The notes below the pieces were generated by a model that was given only the letters and a program-made list of their open reading frames with translations, had not been told where the DNA came from and did not search any database. DNA of 64,000 nt from a virus. The stretch is taken from positions 34,980 to 98,979 of IMG/VR virus record IMGVR_UViG_3300014613_000020; one strand, given 5' to 3'. Position numbers and translations under genes: made by a program. This document shows, piece by piece, positions 1 through 9,892 of this stretch; positions within the stretch are counted from its first letter, which is position 1; every line of letters begins with the position of its first letter.

Positions 1-1
1 T

Positions 2-1210
2 GAGAGTCGTTATCCAGATGGATTGACATTCAAATTGGAGACCAATTACCGATCCACACAGACAATAGTGTCGGCTATCAATAGCCTAATTACCAACAAT
101 TATAATGAGTCCAATGAGCACCTCCGTAAAACTCTTGTCACCCGTCCGGATGCCCCGGTGGGTGAGCCTATTTCTTATCAGTGGTTTGAGACTGCATATG
201 ATGAAGCTGAATCCATAATAAATAATGTGGCTGTTGAGTTGCAGAACGGTCGGGGGCCCGGTGATTATTTTATTGGTGCACGAACACGAGCGCAGTTAGC
301 GTGGTTGGAAGGACCATTAGTTCGTGCTAAGATTCCATTTGTAAATCTAGCGGGTGGTTCATTCTGGGCTAGTAAGCATGTTGCAGATGTAGTAGCATAT
401 GCTAAGTTGGTTCTTGATAAAGACGACAAGGATGCCTTCCAGAGAGCATATAATATAGCATCCATTTGGATGGAGCAGCCTTTTGATGTTACCAAAGACA
501 ACAAGGTGATTAAACACAAGGGAGAGTATTGTTCCCATAGATGGTTGGGCCGAGCGTTTATAGATCAGTGTGGTGGATATTATAAGGGCATGTTCAAAGT
601 TCTTAAAGCTAAGAATGGTTGGAGATTTAAGTCGGGGATAGAAGATTTGGAAGATTTGATGTATCATCTGGATGGGTTCCATGAGAAACCGGCGGATTTG
701 ATTCAGGAGATAATTAATGTGTGTTATCGTGATTACTTAATGGATCAGGAAGGTATAACTGGCGGTGATGAGGCGGAGAATGGAAAATTAGAGGATTTGT
801 TGACGGTTGTTACTGTGGCAAGTCAGTTTAATGATTTGAGCACTTTTCTAGATAGTGTTGATGAGATGGTGAAGGCGGCTGAGGCGGCTAAAGATAAGAA
901 GTTGGATGATTACTTAGTAATTTCTACTGCTCATAGATTAAAGGGGCAAGAGAGAAATATCACGATAGGTATTGGAATCAGTGAGCGATTGCTCCCCCAT
1001 AGGTTCTCAATGGAAATGCCCCCACAGTTTGGTATGCTGCCTACAGGGGATATGGCATCGATTTCGGATGAACGTGATGTGATGTTTGTTTTAGTATCTA
1101 GGGCGCGGGAAGAAGTGCATCTTAGCGGAGTAGCAAACTATCGAAAAGACCGGTTGATGCCCAGCCGATTCATCACTGAGTTGGGTATAGAATTAGAAAT
1201 GGAAGGGTGA
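2..1210 (+). CDS. UvrD/PcrA-like SF1 helicase, C-terminal part (5' truncated by window edge)
   Basis: Motifs LETNYRST, ISTAHRLKGQE and ERDVMFVLVSRAREE. The frame is open to the window start. Confidence 0.9.
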   Translation, partial: ESRYPDGLTFKLETNYRSTQTIVSAINSLITNNYNESNEHLRKTLVTRPDAPVGEPISYQWFETAYDEAESIINNVAVELQNGRGPGDYFIGARTRAQLAWLEGPLVRAKIPFVNLAGGSFWASKHVADVVAYAKLVLDKDDKDAFQRAYNIASIWMEQPFDVTKDNKVIKHKGEYCSHRWLGRAFIDQCGGYYKGMFKVLKAKNGWRFKSGIEDLEDLMYHLDGFHEKPADLIQEIINVCYRDYLMDQEGITGGDEAENGKLEDLLTVVTVASQFNDLSTFLDSVDEMVKAAEAAKDKKLDDYLVISTAHRLKGQERNITIGIGISERLLPHRFSMEMPPQFGMLPTGDMASISDERDVMFVLVSRAREEVHLSGVANYRKDRLMPSRFITELGIELEMEG

Positions 1211-1211
1211 G

Positions 1212-1433
1212 ATGTTTCACATAGGGGATAGAGTCAGAGTAAGGATGGTGAACTTTAGTAGTGTGTCATGTGAAGATACTTCTGAATATCTGAAGTGTCT
1301 TGGGGAAGAAGGTCGGATTTGTAGTGTGGATAGAGTGGGAGAGTTAATTTTCTATCGAGTTAAGTTCGATTGGTTTTTTGGATATGGCCTAGAGTTTGAA
1401 TCGAAGGAACTGCGATTAGTAGAGGAGAAGTGA
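1212..1433 (+). CDS. small hypothetical protein (KOW/SH3-like N-terminus FHIGDRVRV)
   Basis: ORF translationally coupled to its neighbours. Confidence 0.55.
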   Translation: MFHIGDRVRVRMVNFSSVSCEDTSEYLKCLGEEGRICSVDRVGELIFYRVKFDWFFGYGLEFESKELRLVEEK

Positions 1434-1732
1434 TGGAGCAAGAAGTGGGGATTGAAGTAACCTTGGAAAAGGATGCCATACGAGAGGGGCAAGTGAATTT
1501 TCTACTCACAAAGGTGTGGGGTAGTGTGGATTTTGGATATCGCAACTCGTTGGCACGGCAGGGGCTGACGATGGTTCCTGACGGCAAACTGAGAATCACT
1601 ATACCTGCTGAGGCGGATTGCTTGACTTTTGAGAAGTTAGGGAGTATAATTACATCTACTTTAGAGACATTTTCAAACTCGTATCAGGTTCTGGTACGAG
1701 CACACAAGATTGAGGAAGAGGGAGATTTCTAA
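1430..1732 (+). CDS. hypothetical protein with acidic C-terminal EEEGDF tail
   Basis: Coupled ORF within the replication operon. Confidence 0.6.
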   Translation: MMEQEVGIEVTLEKDAIREGQVNFLLTKVWGSVDFGYRNSLARQGLTMVPDGKLRITIPAEADCLTFEKLGSIITSTLETFSNSYQVLVRAHKIEEEGDF

Positions 1733-2880
1733 TGCCGATCAGACTGATTGACCCGGATTACGAACCGGAGGAGACTCAATTCGAGTCCTACGTTGATGGG
1801 AAGTATCCCGTCAGTGGACTAACATTTTTTACAAAGGATGATAGTGGCAATTCGATATTTGTGGCACAGTCAGGCAATAGGATGGTTGCCAGGTATCGGA
1901 CTGTGCTGGAGGATGGGGGTGACGGCCCGCCTGGGTCGGTTGACAGGGGTGAGGTTCCATTGCTGGTGAGAGCGTTTGGCGGGGATGTGTCAGAACTTCC
2001 ACCATACAATCAGCCAAATCGTAGGTTATCTGTAGCAGAGACACTGATAAATGATTCAGAGAAGGTCATTATCGTTAATGTATCCAATGGATGGATAAAT
2101 AGTGTTCCTGGGATGCAGGTGAAGCCAGACTATTACCGGTTCAAATATGGCCGCATTATGACCAACAATCAGCTCGGGGAACCAAGCTGGATCACAGGTC
2201 AATATGGGCCATTTGCTATTGTAGCCATGGATATTGTGGGGGATGCGCAGGGCAACCCTTCCTCATTTGACCAGGTAAGGGTACGCAGTTTCTTAAACTA
2301 TCCATTATCTGTAGTTGATGGGGAATTGACGTGGGATGTTACCAAGTCCGGTTCCTACACAGCATCCTCATGGCGATTCTCAGAGTTTGCACGTAAACTG
2401 TGTGGTCATGAGTTTTTCAGTGTCTCGTTTGAGGATGAGTCAAATGTGATGCCTGAATTACATGATCTTGCAGTTGCAAATGGTTCTGTATACATGGGTA
2501 TCATTGAAAAGGACAAGAAAGGCAGGTCTGTTCTGAATCTCGGTTCACTGCAACCAGTGGGGGGTTCCTTCGACTTGATGGGAACTGAAGTCGAGGAGGA
2601 AGAGGTTGAGATGGAGTCTGACGCAGTTCAAGAGCTATACAAGGTTATCGAGAAATTATGTCCTACTAAGGCTTTTGCACAAAATGGAAAATTGACATCA
2701 GAGGCAGTGGAGTGGTGGAAAACTCTACCTGGAGATGATCCATCAGATGGAGAGTTGATTGTAGGAATCAGTGCATTGTGCAAGAAACATGATATACCTC
2801 ACAAATTTGCAGATATGGATGCTACGCACGTGAGCATTATCATTCAGTGGATGGAGGGTAGCGGAAATGACGAATTCTGA
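1732..2880 (+). CDS. hypothetical replication protein, possibly SSB or annealing protein
   Basis: 382 aa, acidic linker and C-terminal NDEF, located in the replication module. Function is inferred. Confidence 0.5.
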   Translation: MPIRLIDPDYEPEETQFESYVDGKYPVSGLTFFTKDDSGNSIFVAQSGNRMVARYRTVLEDGGDGPPGSVDRGEVPLLVRAFGGDVSELPPYNQPNRRLSVAETLINDSEKVIIVNVSNGWINSVPGMQVKPDYYRFKYGRIMTNNQLGEPSWITGQYGPFAIVAMDIVGDAQGNPSSFDQVRVRSFLNYPLSVVDGELTWDVTKSGSYTASSWRFSEFARKLCGHEFFSVSFEDESNVMPELHDLAVANGSVYMGIIEKDKKGRSVLNLGSLQPVGGSFDLMGTEVEEEEVEMESDAVQELYKVIEKLCPTKAFAQNGKLTSEAVEWWKTLPGDDPSDGELIVGISALCKKHDIPHKFADMDATHVSIIIQWMEGSGNDEF

Positions 2881-3028
2881 CATTAACAAAGTTAACACTG
2901 AATTGGAGACAATATTTTTGACGGATAACGATCTGTTAGGGTTTGACAAGATGTTTGACGATTTCTGGCCTTACTTGGTAGAGGACTATCTGGCTGAGGA
3001 AGATGTCGATAACGACAACGATTTTTAA
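2867..3028 (+). CDS. 53-aa highly acidic protein ending DNDNDF (below the ORF-track cutoff)
   Basis: ATG at 2867, TAA at 3026-3028; fills the gap between neighbours with short overlaps. Confidence 0.5.
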   Translation: MTNSDINKVNTELETIFLTDNDLLGFDKMFDDFWPYLVEDYLAEEDVDNDNDF

Positions 3029-3380
3029 TCGTAATGTCGTTGACGGAGCCAAACTAGGTGAGACCCACGGACTAGGTAGTTTTTATCAATATGATGATGA
3101 CCCACTCTCTACGCATTATGTCTATCCTGAATGGTACAATACGGAAAAGAAAGTTACTTCTTGGTCACTCGCTAAATGGTTATTGGAGGTTCATCAGCGT
3201 AGGGGGTGGGTCCCCTATTTCTCGGATAGAATAAATATGCGGCACGCGTCACCTCTTCTCAGGCAGTATGATGTTGCTACATTGATACGAGCTATACACT
3301 TCGCATCACAAGTTGCCACTAGACCTTTCTCATTCAAGCTGGTGAAAAAATGCCTCTCAGAAAAGTTCCTCGGCGAGTAG
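3003..3380 (+). CDS. hypothetical protein
   Basis: ORF upstream of and overlapping the primase gene. Confidence 0.55.
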   Translation: MSITTTIFNRNVVDGAKLGETHGLGSFYQYDDDPLSTHYVYPEWYNTEKKVTSWSLAKWLLEVHQRRGWVPYFSDRINMRHASPLLRQYDVATLIRAIHFASQVATRPFSFKLVKKCLSEKFLGE

Positions 3381-4306
3381 ATGTAGCCAAGGTAAAACAA
3401 GAAACTAATATAGCAGATGTCATAGGGTCTGTGGTGTCACTGAGCAAGGCGGGTGGACTGCTAAAAGGACTTTGCCCATTCCATCAGGAAAAGAATGCGA
3501 GTTTCACAGTGTACACAGATAGTTTTTTCTGCTTCTCGTGCAGAGAATCTGGGGATTTACTCAGTTTTGTGCAAAAGTTTTATAAACTTGATTTTCCTCA
3601 GGCATTGGAATGGCTGGCACAGAGGCAGGGAACTTTTGAACCTGCTCCTGTCGTAAGGCACGAGCATTCAAATCCCGTGCCGGTCATTCCAGAACTTGTT
3701 ACCTATTACAATTCCATGTTAAGGGATGAACATCGTGAATACTTCCACAGTCGCCTATTCAAGGATGAAACTATTGACAGAGAAGGATGGGGGTGGTCGG
3801 GAACCAGATTCTCAATACCTGTATGGGCAGGTAGACCGCAGGAAAGTGAATGCCTTGGGATAAGGCTTAGAAAGAAGGACGGAGATGGCGGACCGAAGTA
3901 TATTGGGATTCGGGGCAGCAATGATACTGCTCTTTACAATTCTTGGTCTCTCTATGGGGAAAAAGGAGCTTTTGTCCACTTCGGGGAGTTCGACTCGCAA
4001 CTGTGCTGTCAGGATGGGTTACCATCTGTTAGTCCTGTCAATGGCTGCGGCAGTTGGGATACTTCTTGGAATGAGCATTTCGTAGACAAAGAAGGAATTA
4101 TTATCATCCCAGACGTAGGGGAAGAGAAGTTCGGGCACAGATTGGCTGACATACTGGGCACAACTAGATGTCGCGTGTTGAATCTATCCAATGGATGGCC
4201 TGGAAAAGACTATAACGAGGGGCGAATGAATGGAGCCAAGCCCAAAGATTTGTTGAATCTGTTAGTTGATCAATATTCTCAAGTGGCAGTTGAATTTGAC
4301 TTTTAG
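3350..4306 (+). CDS. dnaG: DNA primase (CHC2 zinc finger plus TOPRIM-like domain)
   Basis: GLCPFHQEK...FFCFSC zinc finger; GEFD and IIIPD acidic motifs. Confidence 0.88.
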   Translation: MPLRKVPRRVDVAKVKQETNIADVIGSVVSLSKAGGLLKGLCPFHQEKNASFTVYTDSFFCFSCRESGDLLSFVQKFYKLDFPQALEWLAQRQGTFEPAPVVRHEHSNPVPVIPELVTYYNSMLRDEHREYFHSRLFKDETIDREGWGWSGTRFSIPVWAGRPQESECLGIRLRKKDGDGGPKYIGIRGSNDTALYNSWSLYGEKGAFVHFGEFDSQLCCQDGLPSVSPVNGCGSWDTSWNEHFVDKEGIIIIPDVGEEKFGHRLADILGTTRCRVLNLSNGWPGKDYNEGRMNGAKPKDLLNLLVDQYSQVAVEFDF

Positions 4307-4317
4307 GAGAGGCTATA

Positions 4318-4659
4318 ATGAGGAAAGTAAGCAATTTTAAGTTAGATAAAATTCCAGTATGGAAGATTGTTTTTGTTGTAACAACTTCTCCCTATTATGA
4401 GATGCACCGAATTTTGTTAATTGAGGATTGGCCTAATAGGGATGAGTTTACTCTAGTTGAGGGGTATCACCAATCTTTGTGCGGTTTTGATGATACCAAA
4501 TGGGAAGCTATGGTTTATACTTGTAACGAATTAAAACGATTGGTTATTGGCTGGGGTCGTGGCCCTTTTGAAATTGAACAAAAGGCGAAACCATTGATTT
4601 TACAATATTTGGAAAATGATTATGATTTGGTAGCAGAACGTGAAATGCTGGATAGATGA
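4318..4659 (+). CDS. hypothetical protein
   Basis: AGGAG RBS; AT-richer ORF between primase and helicase. Confidence 0.6.
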   Translation: MRKVSNFKLDKIPVWKIVFVVTTSPYYEMHRILLIEDWPNRDEFTLVEGYHQSLCGFDDTKWEAMVYTCNELKRLVIGWGRGPFEIEQKAKPLILQYLENDYDLVAEREMLDR

Positions 4660-6116
4660 AACTAGTAGAGTACGAGCAGGCATTACTATCAGCAATTTTG
4701 CAGCATCCTCCGACAATAAAAATCCTTGCCCCTGAACTAACAGCGGATAAGTTTGGATGGTCTGTAGGCGGAGAGGAAGGGGGTGGGCATAGACTTATAT
4801 ACCAAGCGGCTGTCAGTTGTCATCTCAAAGGAATTCCACCGGATGCCATATCCGTAGAAAGGGAGCTTGCTGATAAGATAGAAATCGCCGGCGGTGTATC
4901 ATATCTACGTCAATTGGTCACCATCCTGCCGACTCTGGGAGTGCGGGTCGTAAACGAGAACAGCGTGCGGAACTGGGCACGGGTAGTGGACAATCTAGGC
5001 AGGTTACGTGAATTGAGCAGAGTGGTGACTTCCTATTCAGACATGCTGATGGACAAAGAACGAGCATTAAGGGAGATTGACGATGTAGACACATTCATAT
5101 CAGAACTGATAGCGGAACTGTGGAAGGCACAGGGGGTTGTAAACTCGGATTATCAACATATCAGTATTGGAATTGGGGATTTTAGGAGAAGGTTGGAACA
5201 GGAGTTGCGAGGAAGATCAATCAGCATACCGGAAATAGGTTGGCCTTCATTCAGGAGTGCAAGCTTGCCTTTTATGGGGGGACTCACAGTCATTGCAGGT
5301 CTTCCAGGAGCGGGGAAGACACAGCTTGCACTCCAGATCATGCTAGGGCAGATAATTCAGGCCAAACGACGAGGCGCTTCAGGGTGTGTGGCGATAAACA
5401 GCTATGAGATGACATCCTGGCGTATCGTTAGTCGTTTGGCCTGTTGCCTTGCGGGGGTGGATTCATCATTGCTGCGAACGGGTAAAATCAAGGAAAGTTC
5501 TGAAGACGCCAAACGTCTGTTTGAGTGGACTGAGTTTTTAGAAGACTTCCCAATCTACATAGACGACTCGAACCTTACCACATCGGCTAGAATCAATTGG
5601 CAGTCGTCGGCGTTGCACGCCATAAACGGGCCTTTGTTGCACTTGGTGGTAGACTACGCGGAGAAAGTGCCTATGAATGAGACAGGCGAACGAGACTCAA
5701 GGGAACGGCAAGTTGCATCCACTTTTATTAATGTGGCGAACATAGCTAAGGCGACGGGCGCATGTGGGACTGTGTTGTCACAGTTTAACAACTCTGTGTT
5801 ATTCAACAAAAGTAAAATCGCGGGTGCGGGTGCGCTACGCTATGGTGGTGCAGGATGGCAGGCGGCAGACGTGCAGATGGAGGTTTGGAATCCAATCAGT
5901 ATGAGGGCAAACCAAATTGACTTCATCACGCCTGACAACTTGTCGGATGATGCTGTGTGGGTGATGGTGGAGAAGTACAGGGACGGGCCTGCGGGCGAGG
6001 TGTTCCCATTGAATTGGCAAGCACAATTTACACGATTCTCAGACCCCAAACTGTCTCAGACATTCGGGGCCGATTTGTACGAGGGATTGTCCGATTTGCG
6101 GGGAAGAGACTTCTAA
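4656..6116 (+). CDS. dnaB: replicative DNA helicase (DnaB family)
   Basis: N-terminal EQALLSAIL, Walker A GLPGAGKT, SYEM, VVDY, LSQF, KYRDGPAG. Confidence 0.92.
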   Translation: MKLVEYEQALLSAILQHPPTIKILAPELTADKFGWSVGGEEGGGHRLIYQAAVSCHLKGIPPDAISVERELADKIEIAGGVSYLRQLVTILPTLGVRVVNENSVRNWARVVDNLGRLRELSRVVTSYSDMLMDKERALREIDDVDTFISELIAELWKAQGVVNSDYQHISIGIGDFRRRLEQELRGRSISIPEIGWPSFRSASLPFMGGLTVIAGLPGAGKTQLALQIMLGQIIQAKRRGASGCVAINSYEMTSWRIVSRLACCLAGVDSSLLRTGKIKESSEDAKRLFEWTEFLEDFPIYIDDSNLTTSARINWQSSALHAINGPLLHLVVDYAEKVPMNETGERDSRERQVASTFINVANIAKATGACGTVLSQFNNSVLFNKSKIAGAGALRYGGAGWQAADVQMEVWNPISMRANQIDFITPDNLSDDAVWVMVEKYRDGPAGEVFPLNWQAQFTRFSDPKLSQTFGADLYEGLSDLRGRDF

Positions 6117-6147
6117 CTTTTGCACAAAAGAAAGGAGATGTAGATAA

Positions 6148-7438
6148 ATGGCGAATAGGCTAGGGCCTTATGAAGTAAACAGCATTATAAATGGGCATGT
6201 CATGGATGTTTTAAGAGAATTGCCTGATGAATCAATCCACTGCTGTGTAACTTCTCCGCCATACTGACTGGGGCCTGAGAGATTATTCTATTCCTCCAGT
6301 AATATGGCCTGATGGTATAGTGTCTTCTCTGGGCCTTGAACCGACGCCCGATCTTTTCGTGGCGCACCTGGTCGAGGTGTTCAGGGAGGTGAGGAGGGTT
6401 TTGCGGGGGGATGGTACTGTGTTTCTTAACATTGGGGATTCGTATGCTGGACATCATGGCAATAGCAAGGTCCCGGATGATGATGCTCCTAGCAACAAGC
6501 CTGGCTATTGGGAGAATATGCGACCTACAAGTATCGGCAATGGCCTTAAGCCCAAAGACCTCGTGCTAATACCCGAACGCTTGGCAATTGCCCTTCAAGA
6601 GGACGGATGATGGATACGTAGTAGAATCATCTGGGCAAAAGGGGTTTCGTTCGGCACACACAATACCGAGTGTCCTCGCTGCGGCCACAAGCACAAGGCC
6701 ACCTATTCAGGATCGTGTATGCCAGGCTCACAACAGGACAGGCCGACGACATCCTACGAGCATGTGTGGATGCTTAGTAAGAGCGCGAGATACTACTATG
6801 ATGGGGATGCAGTGAGGGAGCCACACCGAGAAGCGAGCCTCAAACGATGGCATGGGGAGCTTAAGCCGTCCACACAATCTAGGAACAGGGAAGGCATATA
6901 TCCTCAAGACGGCATTAACACTCTACACAAGATAAAAGCCGGTGATATTCTCAACCCAGCAGGCCGCACCCTACGCTCCGTCTGGCTCATAAACCCCCAA
7001 CCTCTGAGGGAAGCACACTTCGCAACCTATCCGCCCGACCTGGTAGAGCCGATGATCAAGGCGGGGACAAGCGAACGTGGGTGCTGCACTGAGTGTGGAA
7101 ATCCCTGGAAGAGGGTGATAGAGAGAAAGGTTATCAATCGTGATGATTGGGGGCCATCAAATCCAAAACATGCTACCCCGCAAGGTATTCATGGGCCTTC
7201 TATGAGGAATGAGGGTAGATGTGGAGATTCATTGAGTGCCACCATTGGCTGGCAACCCACCTGTACCTGTGGCGGTGATACAGAACCAGCTATCGTCCTC
7301 GATCCATTCATGGGCGCTGGCACAACAGCACTCGTAGCTAAACGGCTTGGGCGTAACTTTTTGGGCATTGAACTCAACCCGGAGTATATTAAAATAGCGG
7401 AGAATCGCATTTGTGTTGTGCAACCTGTTCTGTTCTAA
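6148..7438 (+). pseudogene. N6A/N4C DNA methyltransferase interrupted by a TGA plus 4-nt frameshift at 6265-6268 and an in-frame TGA at 6608-6610
   Basis: ATG 6148 ...CCVTSPPY*; the shifted frame gives WGLRDY...ALQEDG*WIRSRIIWAK...HFATYP...LDPFMGAGTT. The pieces join into one classical MTase. Confidence 0.85.
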
Positions 7439-7458
7439 CTTTTGTGCAAAAGCAGTAT

Positions 7459-7487
7459 TTGACTTTTGGGCAAGTCTGTGATATAAT
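7459..7487 (+). promoter_or_regulatory. sigma70-type promoter for the polymerase (probably leaderless, ATG 7495)
   Basis: TTGACT-17 bp-TATAAT. Confidence 0.8.
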
Positions 7488-7494
7488 GGGGGGT

Positions 7495-9216
7495 ATGGTG
7501 ATACATCGGAATGAGTTTCCAACAGAAGTTCCGCATGTGGTAGGAATAGACATAGAGACTACGTCAAATATGGGCCAATTGTCGCGATTGCACCTTGACG
7601 ACATAGCATTGGTGCAGATTGCCTGTGGTGATGATGTCTACGTGATTGACGACATTCGTCCTTTTGCACAAAAGTTAGAGTCGCTTTTAGCGGACGTTGA
7701 AACAGTGAAAGTATTCCACAACGCTGTGTTTGACCTGGGGTTCTTGAGCATAGCGTTGGGGAGTCCGATTATCAATAACGTGTTCGACACCATGCTTGCT
7801 GAGCGGGTGCTGACCAATGGGACGGGGTTGGAATGCTCACTGAAGGCTGTTGCTGATAGGTATTTGCAGGTTCACTTGGACAAAGGTTTGCAAACGTCGT
7901 TTGGCAGTTATTCCTTTACGGATGATCAGATAGAGTACGCTGCCAAGGACGCGCAAGTCCTGCCTGCTATCAGAGATATGCAGATGGCTAAACTCAGAGA
8001 GAACGGTTTGATGAAGGTGATGCAACTAGAGAATGACCTAGCGCCTATCGTAGCAGGCATGGAAGTTGCGGGGATGGGATTTGACGGCGACAGATGGAAA
8101 ATTCTATCGGATAGTTTGCTAAGGGAGAGTCAGGAAGTGAACAACAGGATTCAGTCAAACCTTGGGTTGGAACACACGATGACTGACTTCTTCGGTAATA
8201 TATCGGGAATCAACCTTAACTCGCGTGATCAGGTATTGTCACAATTAAAAAAGATTGGGATAGACCTTCCTGATTACAGAGATCAAACACTAAAGTCATA
8301 CGCGGCAAAGCATCCGGAATGCACAGTTCTTCAGGACATTATAGACTACAGGCACGCGACGAAGGCGCTATCATTCGCATACCACGACTACGTCAATCCG
8401 GTGACAGGCAGGATACACGCGAAGTTTACACAGCTGGGTTCACGCGCTGGTCGGTTCTCGTCGTCGGACCCAAACCTGCAACAAGTTCCGGCGCAAAAGC
8501 GATTTAGAGACTGTTTTGTTGCCAATGATGGCAAGTTACTGGTAACGGCTGATTACAGCCAACAGGAGATGCGTCTCATGGCGCAGGCATCTGGCGATGA
8601 GAACCTTATAAACGTGTGCACGGCGAGTGACATACATGCAGAAAACGCACGAGTGATGTACAAGGATGATTCAATCGACAAGAACGACAAAAGGCGTATG
8701 ATTGCCAAAAACGCTGGATTTGCGTGGCTGTATGGTAGCGGGCCTGAGACAATGGCGGTGACAGCGGGAATATCGGTAAGTGACGCGAGAGACGTGTTGG
8801 CAAAGCTGTCGGCATCCTATCCGATGGTTGACAAGTGGGCCAAACGGCAGTTAAAACAATTATATGAGAAAGGTTACATAGAAACCCTTCTAGGGCGCAG
8901 GAGATGGCTTGTGGGCGCGAAAGGAAGCGATGAGATAGTAAAGTATGCACGTATTGCTAAGAACACTCCCATCCAAGGCAGTGGCGCTGACATCATCAAA
9001 TATGCCCTTGTCGAGATAGGAACCATGCTGCGTGGCTATGCACAGATAATCTCAACAATCCACGATGAGATAATAGTAGAAGTGGATGAAGACGATGCCG
9101 AATCTGTGAAGGATTGCATAATACAATGCATGGAATATGCCGGTGAGAAGTTGATAGACCGAGTACCTGTGGTAGTAGAAGCAGGAATGGCAAAAGAATG
9201 GTCGAAAGGAGAGTAG
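7495..9216 (+). CDS. polA: DNA polymerase family A with 3'-5' exonuclease
   Basis: GIDIET, FHNAVFDL, YAAKDA, GRFSSSDPNLQQVP, ADYSQQEMR, AKNAGFAWLYG, NTPIQGSGAD, TIHDE. Confidence 0.95.
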   Translation: MVIHRNEFPTEVPHVVGIDIETTSNMGQLSRLHLDDIALVQIACGDDVYVIDDIRPFAQKLESLLADVETVKVFHNAVFDLGFLSIALGSPIINNVFDTMLAERVLTNGTGLECSLKAVADRYLQVHLDKGLQTSFGSYSFTDDQIEYAAKDAQVLPAIRDMQMAKLRENGLMKVMQLENDLAPIVAGMEVAGMGFDGDRWKILSDSLLRESQEVNNRIQSNLGLEHTMTDFFGNISGINLNSRDQVLSQLKKIGIDLPDYRDQTLKSYAAKHPECTVLQDIIDYRHATKALSFAYHDYVNPVTGRIHAKFTQLGSRAGRFSSSDPNLQQVPAQKRFRDCFVANDGKLLVTADYSQQEMRLMAQASGDENLINVCTASDIHAENARVMYKDDSIDKNDKRRMIAKNAGFAWLYGSGPETMAVTAGISVSDARDVLAKLSASYPMVDKWAKRQLKQLYEKGYIETLLGRRRWLVGAKGSDEIVKYARIAKNTPIQGSGADIIKYALVEIGTMLRGYAQIISTIHDEIIVEVDEDDAESVKDCIIQCMEYAGEKLIDRVPVVVEAGMAKEWSKGE

Positions 9217-9219
9217 AAA

Positions 9220-9723
9220 GTGGTAGGCACAGTAAAAATATCTTACCCCAAGAAGGCACTGATCAAACGAGTAGTAGGAGAAGATTCATATTACATTGAT
9301 GAGAAATCTCGGCTGATCACCACTGCGTTGTGGATAGGGCCACATGCACAAATAGCCCGGGAGACAGGGCATTATGCAGGCTGGGATCACCCGATGGAGC
9401 AGAACTACAGCAGCATACCGGATTGCGACGCGTTACTCTTTGATGGGGGTATTGCGGTGTACCCGACTGATATATTGCATCAATCCGAAGGTAATATCAT
9501 CTGGCGATTGTTTGTTGGTGATGGCTGGCGGGTGTTTGTCAACGAGCTATACCGTCACCTGTTCATCACACTGTACGGGGAACACCTGCGATACCGGCAA
9601 CTGAAAGCGGACGGACCAATCATCATCGAATGGGTGACGGGTATCGTCGGTCAGCTCATGCCAGGGAACTTCAGAGAGGACCCGCTGGCAGTGTTGGGCT
9701 TGCTGGAGGAGGTGGGTGCATGA
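9220..9723 (+). CDS. hypothetical protein
   Basis: ORF directly after polA. Confidence 0.6.
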   Translation: MVGTVKISYPKKALIKRVVGEDSYYIDEKSRLITTALWIGPHAQIARETGHYAGWDHPMEQNYSSIPDCDALLFDGGIAVYPTDILHQSEGNIIWRLFVGDGWRVFVNELYRHLFITLYGEHLRYRQLKADGPIIIEWVTGIVGQLMPGNFREDPLAVLGLLEEVGA

Positions 9724-9796
9724 CGATATTGATAATCTTCCTGGTGGTAGTGCTGTTCGTGATCATTGCCAATTTCGTGGTGATGGGGGACAGTCG

Positions 9797-9892
9797 GTGA
9801 TCTCTGACTGGCGGATCGAAGAGATGGACGTGATAGAGTGGGCGGCTACGTATGAGGGGCCACAGTTTCATGCCATGATCACGTCATACTGA
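9797..9892 (+). pseudogene. orphaned 5' fragment of the DNA methyltransferase at 10739
   Basis: (V)ISDWRIEEMDVIEWAATYEGPQFHAMITSY* aligns with MAKWEIVEADVMEWAKAYTGQKFHAAIMDPPY and breaks off just before DPPY. Confidence 0.85.
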
